64,000 nt of DNA from the human T2T-CHM13v2.0 reference genome, Homo sapiens. The stretch lies in the NCBI RefSeq assembly GCF_009914755.1, contig NC_060937.1. The stretch is one strand, 5' to 3'. A program made the translations under genes and the position numbers. Of the stretch, positions 26,885-41,870 are shown piece after piece. Under the pieces are notes generated by a model. It saw only the letters and a list, made by a program, of their open reading frames with translations, was not told the origin of the DNA and did not search any database. Every line of letters starts with the position of its first letter. Position 1 is the first letter of the stretch.

Positions 26885-28189
26885 AAAAAATTGTTTTTTA
26901 TTGATGTATAATAGTTGTATGTAGTTGGGGGTCCATGTGATATTTTGATGCCTGCACACCAATGTGTGATGATGAAGTCGGGGTAACTGGGATGTCTGTC
27001 ACCTCAAACATTGATTCTTTGTGTTGGGAATATTACAGTTCTTCTTGAAGGCTGCATTTTAAATCTGTTTCAAATGAATTATCTGTGTAACTAATATCTC
27101 AATATGTTTTAAAATATGTGATTAAATTATTTAAATGAGATAGTTTCAAGCTTATACTAGTCATTTGGAAGCACCTTTATAGGTAGAAACCATGAGTGTG
27201 GTTTTTCACGTTTGTGTCAAGGTAGCGGTCAGCAGCCTGCTCCAGTCCCCCATCTGATGTGGATCTAGGTGCCAGGCCCACACCGGCCCCTTCCTGCCCC
27301 CACTGGTCCTCGTGCACCCTGCCTGGCTCTTTCCAACTCCCACGCCTCCCTCCCTCGTGCAGCCCCACTGCCTCCCTGGCTGTTTTCCCAGCTGAGCCGT
27401 AGGAGGTTTGGTGAGGGAGGCAGGGAGCACCCCAGTCCTGTGCATGTGGAGAGCCAGGCGCGTTCCAGAAGCCTGGAGGGAGGGCCTCCAAGCAGCCCAG
27501 CCAGCCTGGGCTCAGTGAACCTCTCCGGACAAGGCCGCAGCCCTTCCCTGTCCAGTGGGACGGGACCCCAGGAGGCACTCAGAGGCCCTTCAGAGGAGCC
27601 AGCATCAACCACTAACCCCCCACCGCTCACCTTGCTCTCACTGTTCTGTGTATCACACACGTCACCAAATGTACTTTTAAGCATTTAAACATTTTCACTT
27701 ATAAACGTGCTATCCAGGTGTTTAAATGCTTCTGAGACAGCTTTTCCCTTCAGTGAGTTCAGATGAGTGATGTTTCCCTAGAGGTCGGGGGTTCAGAGAG
27801 CAGATGGCCCTGGCCTGGGGAACAGCCGCGAGCTCCATGCCTGTGTCAGCAGGCATCCGGTCCCAGGCCTTCAACGCCATTTCCTTTAATGATTATATTT
27901 CCCTTGCAAAGCCTTCATACTTGTAGCTAAACATCTTTCTTAAAAAATAGACCTAAACAGTGTCTGCCCACAGAAAATTGAATTTTTAATGTATCGGTCT
28001 TCTGTGGGAAATGCCAGCTCTGTATCCTGTGTGTCGTAACCAAGAGGATGCTAAACAGGCTACTCAGGACGAGAAAGAAAAGATCAGGCTTTTCCTACAA
28101 CGGCAGACATCCAGCTTCCATCGGTCGTAATGGCTCAGGCCTTTGAGAGTGCTAGAGCGTCCTAGAAAAGCAGTCCTTTAATTAGTTTT

Positions 28190-29925
<1,736 letters not shown>

Positions 29926-30107
29926 TAACCCTCTGATTTTAAAGTCTCACAAATTCGCAGTGTGCTGTGACCATCGTGTAGTGGGACAGAGACCTCTGTT
30001 TGCAGTGTAGACAGAAGCAGGTGACGCCCTGATCCTGGCATGCCTCCCGAGTGGCAGTGAGACTGGCTGGAGCCCTGCAGTGACTCACTCAAGGGTTCTG
30101 ATGATCG

Positions 30108-30517
30108 TTTCCCCTTCAGACATGCAGCCCAGATCTGCAATGGCTTCCTCACCCTTCAGACACACAGTCCAGATCTGCGATGGCTTCCTCACCCTTCAGA
30201 CACACAGTCCAGGCCACTGAGATGCCTTCCTCACCCTTCAGACACACAGTCCAGATCTGCGATACCTTCCACACCCTTCAGACACACAGTCCAGATCTGT
30301 GATACCTTCCACACCCTTCAGACACACAGTCCAGGCCACCGAGATGCCTTCCTCACCCTTCAGACACACAGTCCAGATCTGCTATGCCTTCCTCACCCGG
30401 CAGACACACAGTCCAGATCTGCAATGCCTTCCTCATCCTTCAGACACACAGTCCAGACCTGTGATGCCTTCCTCACCCTTCAGACACACAGCCCAGGCCA
30501 CTGAGATGCCTTCCTCA
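30108..30517. repeat. Minisatellite, about 39-42 bp unit (ttcctcacccttcagacacacagtccagatctgc...), about 10 copies
   Basis: cccttcagacacacagtccag recurs throughout. Confidence 0.92.
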
Positions 30518-31061
30518 CTGATGAAATAAAATGGATACAGACACAAACTAGACCATAACCTTTAATTAAAAACCCACATGATCAACTTTCTGTGATTGAT
30601 TTTTACTTTAGTTTTTGAAACATTGTTGCCACTTTTGCTTTATTTGTCCTCATGCTTTGATGATCTGGGCAGCGCCTTGGTTCTGTTGATCAGGAAGCTC
30701 TCAGAACTCGATTACCTGGTTCATAAAACGCCTAGATTTAGATCAAAGCTTCTCACAGGAGTACTTCCCACTTGGCCACGCTCACAGAACACTCCAACTC
30801 GTCGTCTTGGTCTGAATCAAAGATAACCTTGTTACAGGTGTTTGTCTGTGTTTTTGCTGCGGAAGTTAGAACATTGAAACCTGACCTGGTCTTTCCTTGG
30901 TCCCAGCAGAATGTCTGGCAAGAGTCTTTTCCTGAAACCGTGTCCACATCCCCGTGTCTTCCTGTGAATAGATGAGCAGCTTGAGGGAAGCGGTCCCACA
31001 GGACGGGCAAGCTTTCACGGAGGGGCTTTCCATTGACCATCCTTTCTGCTTTGTCCTGTAG

Positions 31062-31190
31062 GTTGGGGACATTGTCATGGTTAAGGAGGACGAGACCTTT
31101 CCCTGCGACTTGATCTTCCTTTCCAGCAACCGGGGAGATGGGACGTGCCACGTCACCACCGCCAGCTTGGATGGAGAATCCAGCCATAAA
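31062..31190 (+). CDS. ATP11A: ATP11A exon 6 (129 nt, phase 0-0): [43 protein letters not shown] (actuator domain, DGES)
   Basis: gtcctgtag|GTT...AAA|gtaagg; overlaps supplied ORF 31077..31271. Confidence 0.97.
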
Positions 31191-33034
31191 GTAAGGGGCC
31201 TTTTCATTAGACTCCAGGGCAGGATCTTCCTGTCCTGCTTCGGACTGTGCCCATGCGGCCACAGAAACTAACATCCTGTTTGAAAAGTCACCGTTTTCAT
31301 GTAACCCAGGGAGTTACACCAGCCATGTTTTTCCTCACTTTTCCTTCCTCCTATTTTCCACTTTCTTCTTTTTCCTTTTTAAAAATAAATTGTATTGTGT
31401 ATATTTGAGGCATATATTATGATGTTATAAGATACATATTTTTATAGTGAAATTGTTATTAGAGTGCAACAAATTAACACACCCACATCTCACTGATTTC
31501 CCATTCTCTCCCCTGGCACCCATGCAGGAGCAGCCATAACCTACTCGATGCGGCAAAACCCTGAGCCCAGCACGCTCTTGTCCACTCAGTGCGGCAAAAA
31601 CTCTGAGCCCAGCACGCTCTTGTCCGCTCTAGTCCTCGTGTTGTACGTTGGGTTTTTGGACAGTTCATCCTAAATAATGCTACCTTGTGTTTTTTGACCT
31701 ACACCTCCCCATTTCCTTTTCACTTTTTCTTTCCAGTCTCAATGTCTGTAACAACCAATTACCTCAGGTTAACAAAAATAACTTCAGTGTTAACCTGTGT
31801 CAATTAGCTAATGTACCAAATTCAGGATTTAATGAATAGATTGTTGGAATTTTAAGAATTTTCATTTTATTAGTTAAAATTAGTGTGAAAACTGGCCTAG
31901 AATTATGTGAAAAGTCACACACGATTCTAGATTTTGCCTGTTACTTCAATGAGTGTCTTTTTGTGAATGTATCTTAGTCAGGATTTTCTGAAATTACTAC
32001 ATAAGTAATTTCCTGCACTCAGTATAAAATTCTGCACAGGCAGTTGATGCTACAAGAATTTTAATTGTCAATCATACAAGAAAAGATATAGCACCATTAA
32101 TTTTAAGATTCTTCTTATTTAAAAAATCTTGAAGTTTCTAAGGAGTTTATGAAAGTGAGCATAGCTCAGTGGATTCAACTAAGTCATCAGCTCACAAAAT
32201 TGCAACTCTAAAATGGTATTTAGGTAATACGTATGGATATAGGCCATTTCTACTATGAGATAGAGACATTTTCTTTACAAAATCACTGAAGGATATGCTA
32301 GTCTTTCATAGATAATTCATGATATGTATCATGAATTGATAGATGAAAAACCTATGGATCTTTTTCAGTTAAATTAGCTTTCACATTTTCTGTGTAGCAT
32401 ATCCCAGGAGAATGAACACGCTAACCTAAAAGATTGTCAGCAGTTTCTAGGGGGTCGGAATCCCTGGATGATTCAGGTATTCGCTGTAAGCGGGTGTTGG
32501 TCCCTCTGGAACCTGGGAGGAGGTTAAGGTTCCATCCACCCAGAGACCCTGTGAGCCTTTCACACTCTCTGCAGCCAGTCGCTGCCTTTACACCCCTTCC
32601 CTGCAGACTGTGGCTGGTCAGGCTCAGATGAGTCCCAGCCATGCTAGTGAACAGATGCTGTGGGTCTCCAGATACACCATGTTTGTCCAGATGAAATGTT
32701 GTAGCAGTTGTGGAAGATGTTAAAACAGCTATTGCACTTTGACCTTTTGTGGCTTTGCAGTTTGCATTATAGTTTTGTGTTCTCTAATGTCCTTTTTGTG
32801 CATTTTGTTTAGCTTGAGGGACTGGAATTATTTGAGCCCTTTCCTTAAAAGCAGAGTAGGGGCGTGGGAAGGGTCCACCCGACCTCTGTTTGGATCCCGT
32901 GGGGCTCACGTGACTGCACAGGCCTGTTCACTTCTCTGGACTCTTCACATTTGTGAAATGGGGACAACCCTATCTCTCAGGGGCTCTTGTGAGGATAAGA
33001 TTAGAAAATTCCTACTGAATTTAGAAAATAAGCG

Positions 33035-33410
33035 CCCCCTGATTTGTGTGCTTGGTGACGGGGCAGTGACTGTTGGTGTGCTTGGTGACGGAACAGTGAC
33101 CGTTTGTGCGCTTGGTGACACGGCGGTGACCGTGTGTGCTCTTGGTGACAGGGCGGTGACCGTCGGTGCGCTTGGTGACGGGCAGTGACCGTTGGTGCGC
33201 TTGGTGACGGGGCGGTGACCGTTGGTGCGCTTGGTGACGGGGCGATGACCGTTGGTGCGCTTGGTGACAGGCGATGACCGTTGGTGCGCTTGGTGACGGG
33301 GCGGTGACCGTTGGTGCGCTTGGTGACGGAACGGTGATCATTTGTGTGCTTGGTGACGGAGCAGTGACCGTGTCCCCCTGATTTGTGCACTTGGTGATGA
33401 TGCAGTGATT
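33035..33410. repeat. CpG-rich minisatellite, about 30 bp unit (ggtgcgcttggtgacggggcggtgaccgtt), about 11 copies
   Basis: Read directly; bounded by cccctgatttgtg at both ends. Confidence 0.93.
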
Positions 33411-33629
33411 GTTTCTCCCATTTGTTCTGACTCCTGTGTTTTATTTGTCCAATACTCTTCCACTAGAAAGAAACACAGGAAGGGATTCAGAGATGCTGTT
33501 GCCTCTTCGCAGATCCCTGGGCACAAGTTTCTCCTCTCTCCTCCCAAGGCAGGGCCGGTGCAGCCCTCATGCCCACCTCAGGTGGGCCTTCAGCCGACCT
33601 GCTGGTGCTCACAGATGCTACTGAGGTCA

Positions 33630-33800
33630 CCAGGCCTCAAAATGTGTTCTGAGAGCAGCAGCATCGGCATCACTGGGCACCATATTAGAAGTGCAGTTCT
33701 CAGGCCCTCCCTAGACCCACTGCATCAGAAACTCTAGGGCTGAGCCCAGGAATCAGGTGCTTCAGAAGCTCTGGGTAAAACTCACGTTGAGACAGGCTTG
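33630..33800. mobile_element. MER5A-like hAT DNA transposon fossil
   Basis: agcagcatcggcatcactggg...ttagaagtgcagttctcaggccc...cagaaactctagggct. Confidence 0.7.
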
Positions 33801-34282
33801 AGGAGCCCCCCGGCCCAGGCCATGTGAACAGTTAAGTAGAAGGCCTGTGCCACCCAACAGCAACGGGCACAGGCAGGTTGTTGCCGAGAAGTGAAAATGA
33901 AGTGAAGTGATCCTGTGACCACTCCCCGTAAACAACAGGGCGTTCTGTAAAAGGAAAGGGATATTTCAGGTCCTGGATTTGTTTCCTAATTAATAGCTAC
34001 TACTATGACAGATAAATCAGTGTCTACCCTTGAAGAATTCGAGCATTGCTATCTGTCCTGTTAGTTTTAAGTGGAGGACACTGGGTAAGAATGGAAGGAT
34101 GAGAATTTTCTGGCACCTGATAGGTGCAGGAATAACAGTAGTACCTTATCTTTCTGTAACTATTAAACATTTACAAACTCATAGGGTCAGCCAGGCTTTG
34201 TAATCACTTGGTTGGAGGCACCAGCGTCTGGGTTTGTGTTGACCGTTTTGGCGGTGAGCTCACATGTCTTGTGCATTTGTAG

Positions 34283-34386
34283 ACGCATTACGCGGTCCAG
34301 GACACCAAAGGCTTCCACACAGAGGAGGATATCGGCGGACTTCACGCCACCATCGAGTGTGAGCAGCCCCAGCCCGACCTCTACAA
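34283..34386 (+). CDS. ATP11A: ATP11A exon 7 (104 nt, phase 0-2): [34 protein letters not shown](K)
   Basis: atttgtag|ACG...TAC AA|gtaagc. Confidence 0.96.
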
Positions 34387-34878
34387 GTAAGCGGGAGCTT
34401 TGGGTTCTTTAGAAACGGTTTTTTATGCCCTCAACATTGCTCTTGCTTTTTCACCCCAAGTAGTCCAGCCATGTGGTGGTTTGGAAAGAGAATGTAAATC
34501 ACTGCTTAAAGATTAAGACTGAGTCAAAAATACATTACTTATTTATTCTCATAGACTTGTACCACTCAGATTTGTAGCTTTTTATACAAATATTTGAAGT
34601 GGCTTCGTGGAACCATATTTGTGGGAAAAAAAAAGAATAAGTTTTCTTTATTTTACGGAAGACGTTTGTAAACTGTGGGTTAAGGAAAATCACCGAAGCC
34701 ATGAGCTGATCAGAACAGAAAGTACGACAAGGGAAGGGGCTGGAGCGGGGCTGCTTTAGCCGCACACGGAGCGGGCCAGGTGAAGACGTGTGGCTCACAG
34801 AAGGCAGGTGGGCCAGGCGCGCGCTTCCCGGGGGCCGCTGGGCGCGTCCGGTCAGTAACGTGGCTTTTCTGTCGCCAG

Positions 34879-34929
34879 GTTCGTGGGTCGCATCAACGTT
34901 TACAGTGACCTGAATGACCCCGTGGTGAG
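34879..34929 (+). CDS. ATP11A: ATP11A exon 8 (51 nt, phase 2-2): (K)FVGRINVYSDLNDPVV(R)
   Basis: gtcgccag|G TTC...GTG AG|gtgagt. Confidence 0.95.
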
Positions 34930-36203
34930 GTGAGTGCCTCTGCGGATGCCTTGGCCACGGTCACCTCCCTTGTTGCGTTAGAAATGCATTCTTTGACGGA
35001 CAAGGGTTTCCACGGCGGCTGCTCTGGTAGATTTGGAAGGTGGAGTTCCGCTTTCCCACAGGGCCGGGCTCCACTCTCGTCTCTGGTTTGTCTCAGGCAC
35101 ACATCTGTGAATGTTGACAAGTTAGTGATGCTCGTGAAACAAGTTTTCGCGCAAGACTCTGCCGAGAGGGTCGTCTCACAGGCCAGGAGGCGTCAGGGTC
35201 CCGTGGAGCAGTTTCAAAGTGAAGGGCGGAGTACAGCTTCCCTGGGAGAAATGCCCTTTCATGATTCGGGTACTGATTTGTCTTCAGATATGAAATTGAA
35301 AGACTTCTAATTTGGAGGCCGTTTTTGGGAATCTGTTCATCCACTCACCATCATTCTGGGGTGCATTACTGGCTCAAGGCCTATCTGAGGCTCACACCTA
35401 CCTGAGAAGGTGGAATCGGTAGCCGGGGCAAGGCCGGGCAGCTCACGGTTGGCTGCTGTGCCTTCCCATTCACCAGCATGGACCCAGCGGCAGTCACATC
35501 GCATACCCATGAGGAAACAGCGACCCTCAGACACCTCATCTATGGCCCCGAGGCAGCCTCGGCTGAGAGCCAGCCTGTGCTGAGCCCAGCTCTGAGCAGC
35601 ACCCACCTCCCAGGCCTAGGGATATTTTCTCTGACATTATTTCAAGATCTAGCATTTGTTGCTGACGAGATATTTGAATGTCACAGTTTAGGGAATTGGC
35701 TTTCACTGGATTTTAAAGTTGCATCTTCTTCATAAACTCCACTTGTTAGGGAAATGATTTTTCTTCCATTGTAAGCACTCTCCAAGTTGTTGATGTCTGG
35801 GTAGGTACAGCATTGTGTGTTAAACAACACATCTCCCAGACACAGAAACACACTCACTGGGAAACTACTGCAAAGTGAATAGTTCCTGAAATGCTTAGCT
35901 CCTTGTAAGTCTCCAGGAGCTACTGTTTTAAGAAAACCATTTGTGCACTTCTTAGCATGTGCTTGTTATCATTACCCATCAGCAGGCTAGGAGGTGCTTT
36001 CGAGAACTGATAGTGACCTTGCCTTGGTTTGCCTACGTATATACTGTTCTAAAGGTAAATTCCTCCTTACTTTGGAGAAATCTCTTGTATTTCTGTGTGC
36101 CGTGAGAATTAATTTGTGTTTGAACAGACTTAGGCTTATTCATATTACCTATGGGATGAATCCAAAATAGTAAACATTGCAGGCTTTTCATCTTTATAGT
36201 TAG

Positions 36204-36589
<386 letters not shown>

Positions 36590-37583
36590 TAGTTTCACTT
36601 TTAAATATTTATGGTATTCCATAGACTTTTAATATTTAGATTATTGAAGATGTTTGTAAATTTGTGATGTGGACAGTTAAGAATTACGCACCCAAATTCT
36701 CAATCCATTCAGAGTGACGTTTCTTCTTCCTTCTGTCCTAACTAGAAGCAAAGTACTTTTCCAAGTAAATTATTTTTAGACTTCCCTGAGTCACTTTTTA
36801 AAAACGCTGTTTGTTTTCGTAAACACATGGCAGGAATTATTATAAGTGTGTTGCAAACAGAAGCTGACAGTCCTTATAACACAGCCAGACAACCCATATG
36901 CAGCCTGGGAGCTCCATCTTTAGTGATTGCCGGGGAGGACGCGCGTGGAGCCCTCAGCCGCAGCCTGGGGTAGACAGCCCCACTCTGCCTGTCTTCAGCC
37001 GGATGCAGTTCTGAGGTCTATCGACCAAATATACTGCATGCATTTTACATTCATAATATTCAGTAGGTTCTTAATTTTCCATGATAGAAGGACAGTAAAT
37101 ACAATGATAAATGAAAAGCAAACTTCAGCAAACACTTTTGACCCTTTACCCTCTGAAGCAATCCTCTGAATGTTATCAATAGCAAAATTTATACATTTGA
37201 ATCTTGCTGCTTATTTCTCCCTTACTACTTAGGAAATGAGAAGAGATTATTTTTCCATCAGCAGGGAACCCTGTTATATCAAGAATATAAGCCCCTGATG
37301 GCAGAGACCCTGCCTGCTGCTTATGTGGCTTCAGTGCACAGAACGGGGCTTGTTCTTCCATGTGTGAGATTTTTAAGTTCTTTGGCTGTTGCTTGTTTTC
37401 CCCCCAAAGCAGCCATGCATGGATTGTCCCAGATTTACATGTCCCCCCCATTCAGAGGAGCTTTGCAGTGTGGCTACCAGTGTTTCTAATGGCCAGATAG
37501 AGTATCAGCCTTTGTCTCCAGGAATAAGACTGTGTTTCATGGGACTCCCTGAATCTCACTGAGGATGTAATAGAAACAATTGA

Positions 37584-37740
37584 GGCTGGGCATGGGGATG
37601 CCCAACTGTAATCTCAGCACTTTGGGAGGCCAAAGCTCAAGTTCACCTGAGCCCAGGAGGTCAAGGCTGCAATGAGCTATGATCGTGCCCCCAGCCTGGG
37701 CGACAGAGTGAGACCCTGTTGCAAAAAAAAAAAAAAAAAA
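37584..37740 (+). mobile_element. Alu monomer/fragment with poly-A tail
   Basis: ggctgggcatgg...ctgtaatctcagcactttgggaggcc...A tail. Confidence 0.8.
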
Positions 37741-37827
37741 GGAAACAGTTGAAAGTTGAGTGACTTTTATTTTATTTCACATCCACCCCTCTTTAGCCTT
37801 TCCAGAACATTCTGGGACCTTCCAGTG

Positions 37828-38000
37828 CAGCTGTTCTCAACCTGAGGCTTGTTAGGAGAGGGCTGCTGGGCCCCACCCCAGGGTTTCAGGTTCTGACTCG
37901 GTAGGCCTGGGACGATCTTCCTGACTAGTGTGATGGTTCCTGACTGGCTCCAGGTGCTGCTGACGGCACTGGTGGGGCCACCTCAGGGACCCCTGCTCTA
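37828..38000. mobile_element. MER5-like DNA transposon fossil
   Basis: cagctgttctcaacc...gggccccaccccagggtttc...ctccaggtgctgctga. Confidence 0.55.
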
Positions 38001-38323
38001 GAGGTCTCTCGGGGAGTGTTGCTGAGGCTGCCGGGCGCAGCTCAGTGGGTCTGGATGGGGCCTGAGGTCCCGCATGCGCCAATGGGAGGCCCTTGCCGCT
38101 ACTCCTGGAGCCATGTGTTCGTCCCCCAAAGATAAGCCCACATCTGTTCACATGGACCTGGGCTGACTTAATCATCTGAATATAAGCAAACCTCCGTGTA
38201 TGCCATCTCCTCTGAAAATGAGATCTGCTGAGCAAACAAGTGGGTTTCACGTCTGCCTCTTGCCCCCCGCCCTGCCCACTTGCCTTCGTGTCCGCATCAT
38301 TTCTGATCATCGTATCTTTACAG

Positions 38324-38388
38324 GCCCTTAGGATCGGAAAACCTGCTGCTTAGAGGAGCTACACTGAAGAACACTGAGAAAATCTTTG
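38324..38388 (+). CDS. ATP11A: ATP11A exon 9 (65 nt, phase 2-1): (R)PLGSENLLLRGATLKNTEKIF(G)
   Basis: tctttacag|G CCC...TTT G|gtaaat; conserved LLLRGxxLKNT. Confidence 0.96.
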
Positions 38389-38791
38389 GTAAATATTTAA
38401 TTAATTATTAACCATTGCCCCTAACATTAAGGATGCATGAAGCAAAAGTTAAAACCCGCAGCGGAACCCGAGAGCGTTTCTTGGCACCTTGAGGTGCTGG
38501 AGGCTTTCTGGCCGCGCAAGTTCTGCCCCACTGAGATTTGATCAGTGAATAAGTGCAATCCTGAAGCAGCAGCATCAGAGAATACGGCTTACGGATTAAG
38601 GCCTCTAGTTTTGGATTCAGAAACAGAACATTGCATCCGTGAAGGAATTTGTGAAGTTTAGTTGTGCAGGAAATGTTTTTCATGTCTGCGTTTCTTGACT
38701 AGGATCTCCCATTTCTTGTGGGTTATTGTCTGTTTTAATTGAGGTAACCTTTAGAAGTATACAAGTGTGCCCCACTGTCAGAAAATGCTGT

Positions 38792-39088
38792 GCAGGTGTT
38801 CCTCAGTGTCCTTGGGGGACTGGTTCCAGGATGCCTGCAGATGCCAAAATCCACGGATGCCCAAGGCCCTATTTGCATGTAGCCTACGCATGTCTGCCCC
38901 TGTAGTTCACATCATCTTAGATTACTTCTGATACCTAGCACGATGTAAATACCCTGTACTGTTTTTATCGTCTGTATTTTGTATCATTGTATTGTTATTT
39001 TTATTGGGGATTTTTTTCAAATATTTTCCATCCCCAGTTGGTAGAACCTGCAGATTAAGAACTCGTGGACATGGTGGGCCCAGTGTAT
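38792..39088. mobile_element. MER2-like Tc1/mariner (Tigger) fossil
   Basis: gggggactggttccagga...gatgccaaaatccacggatgcccaag...gaacctgcagat...gtggacatggtgggcc. Confidence 0.72.
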
Positions 39089-39261
39089 ATTAAGATATGA
39101 ACTCTTAAAAAATGAAGCATAGATTGCTTCCTATGCATGAAGAAGGGTCTTTATCCTAAGGAATCAAGTGCTAGTGTTATGTGGCTATGGACACTAGCTT
39201 ATGAAATTAAAAATAGGATTCGCTTTACCCAAGAATTGATTTTCCCCGCAGCTGTGTGTAA

Positions 39262-39405
<144 letters not shown>

Positions 39406-40408
39406 TAAGGCTGGATGCGCGTGAGAACCTGCAACTTAAAAGTGTCATTACCCACTGTAGAAATGGAAGTAGCTTCCTCTTGGCCTTATTGGCAGTTCCT
39501 TTGCCACTGTACAGCATCTTAGTAACTGCAGAGCTGACCATTCAGATGGTCTTTCTTATTTTGTGGTGAGGTGGATGGCCACACCCCTCCTTCCTGCTCT
39601 TTCTAACGCCTGATACCAGGTTCACAGCGCTGCCTCTTACGGACGCCCTGACGTTCCGGTTCTGAAATCAGTTCAGTATCCAACAGCTCCTCTCACCATT
39701 TCATGAAAAACTCCAAATGGGCTTACTTTTAACTCTGGGATTTGGTCAAAACCACGTATTCTCTGCTATGGTTTTACAAAGGAAAGCGTTAGCAGAGAGA
39801 ACAGAATCATCTTTTCATTAAACAGTAAAGTCCTGATGATAAATATGTCAGGATGGTAGCTGAATTTGTGCTGGAAAAGAAAGGCTTCTTCCTGAGATCT
39901 GCTAAGACCTTAGTTAAGGATCTGTGCTTTTCCTGTACTGAGGACACTTCCTTTCAGAGTTATTTACTTTTCTCCCCCTCCTTTCCTCCCTCCCTCTCTT
40001 CCTTCCTCTCCTTTCCTTCCTTCCTCTACAGTGGTGGGTAGTCACTAAGTTTTGAACTAATTTGTTGATGCTTAATGGTAGAAATTGATTTCTGGATGTA
40101 CTTTTCAATGACGGAAGTCCAGGCAGTGCAGAAGCATGGTCCGCAGTGTGGCTGTGAGCAGCCCTCTCTCTCCTGCTTGTGGCACTTTACCCCGTCTTGG
40201 TTCTTACCTTTGGCCTCTAGAAGTACGTGCCAGGGACCATGGCATGGACGCAAGTGCAGAGGACCCACCGTGGTGCGTTGAGGGCGAACACATCACTGTG
40301 CCCTTCCTATTCTGTTTCTTCACGAGGTGTCATCTTGATATCTGTGAGAAGGAAGTGCAGAGCTCATTTCCTCAGGGACCAGTGATCACCTCTGTCCTTT
40401 TGTTTTAG

Positions 40409-40559
40409 ATCGATGAATGCGTTCCTCATTGTGTATCTCTGCATTCTGATCAGCAAAGCCCTGATAAACACTGTGCTAAAATACGTGTGGCAGAGTGAGC
40501 CCTTTCGGGATGAGCCGTGGTATAATCAGAAAACGGAGTCGGAAAGGCAGAGGAATCTG
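40409..40559 (+). CDS. ATP11A: ATP11A exon 11 (151 nt, phase 2-0): (K)[50 protein letters not shown] (TM3)
   Basis: tgttttag|A TCG...CTG|gtatgg. Confidence 0.96.
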
Positions 40560-40914
40560 GTATGGAGAATCACTGCCCTTGTATGATCCGAGGTGACCTG
40601 TGGGCCATTATTACGAAAATGTGGTGCAAGAAAAAGATGACGGTGAATTTACTGTAGGCAAAAAGCAGCTTGATTGATTCAGTCTCTGTGATAGATGCAT
40701 TCACTGAAATTTAAAGTCTCAGTGGACACCAGCTGCTCCTGCCATCTTTGGATCTGGAAAGGTACAGGTTCCCACAGTGAAATCATCAGGACAATACCTT
40801 AAATACTTGCACTGTGTCCTTTGTTTAGAGAGTGCTGAGAAAATGCTTGTTAATGATTATGAGATAAATGGCACATATTTGTGGTAAATACTTGGAAAAA
40901 AGGGTCTGCTCCCA

Positions 40915-41192
40915 GTCCAGAGCAGGGCCATGTGCAAACCGAGACCCGTGTCCACTGAGCCTAGAGCAGGACTGTGTGCAAACCCAGACCTGTGTCCACT
41001 GACCCTAGAGCAGGGCCATGTACAAACCCAGACCCATATCCACTGAGCCTATAGCAGGGCCGTGTGCAAACCCAGACCTGTGTCCCCACTGTCCAGAGCA
41101 GGGCCGTGTGCAAACCCAGACCCATATCCACTGAGCCTGGAGCAGGGCCGTGTGCAAACCCAGACCTGTGTCCCCTCCGTCCAGAGCGGGGC
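40915..41192. repeat. Minisatellite, about 44 bp unit (agagcagggccgtgtgcaaacccagacctgtgtccactgagcct), about 6 copies
   Basis: Read directly from the sequence. Confidence 0.92.
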
Positions 41193-41672
41193 TATCTCTG
41201 CATCATCTGTCCTTCCCACAAAACTAACATGGCCCCACAGATCAGGATAAAAGTATACTGAAAAGTCATTTCACCAGGCTTAGTTTTTACATCTGTAGGT
41301 TGTTACCAAGTATGTTTTGTTATAAGAGACACAAAGAGATCCCATGAATATGCAGAAGTAAAATTGCCGCTGGTGTCTGGTTGGCGTGTCTCCTGTCATC
41401 GGCACATGCTTGTCTTAACTCGTGATTTAATCTCCACTTGCTGGCAGGACAGCCCCACAGCTCAGCCCCTGGACCCGGCAGGTCCTGGCTCAGAGACCAG
41501 GTGACCCAGTGGCTGCCTTCCGCCCATAGTCCTTGTCTTTGGACTCTGAAATCTTGTATTTAGTAGTAGCGCTCGTATAACTTATGCCTAAGCCTGAGGT
41601 GTTAGAGCAGCATGTTGGAGGCCTGCTGTCCCTCCTGGTGGAGGTGCTGACCCGCACCTTCTGCTCTTGCAG

Positions 41673-41870
41673 TTCCTCAAGGCATTCACGGACTTCCTGG
41701 CCTTCATGGTCCTCTTTAACTACATCATCCCTGTGTCCATGTACGTCACGGTCGAGATGCAGAAGTTCCTCGGCTCTTACTTCATCACCTGGGACGAAGA
41801 CATGTTTGACGAGGAGACTGGCGAGGGGCCTCTGGTGAACACGTCGGACCTCAATGAAGAGCTGGGACAG
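41673..41870 (+). CDS. ATP11A: ATP11A exon 12 (198 nt, phase 0-0): [32 protein letters not shown]...[11 protein letters not shown] (TM4, PVSM)
   Basis: tcttgcag|TTC...CAG|gttggt; matches supplied ORF 41667..41885. Confidence 0.97.
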
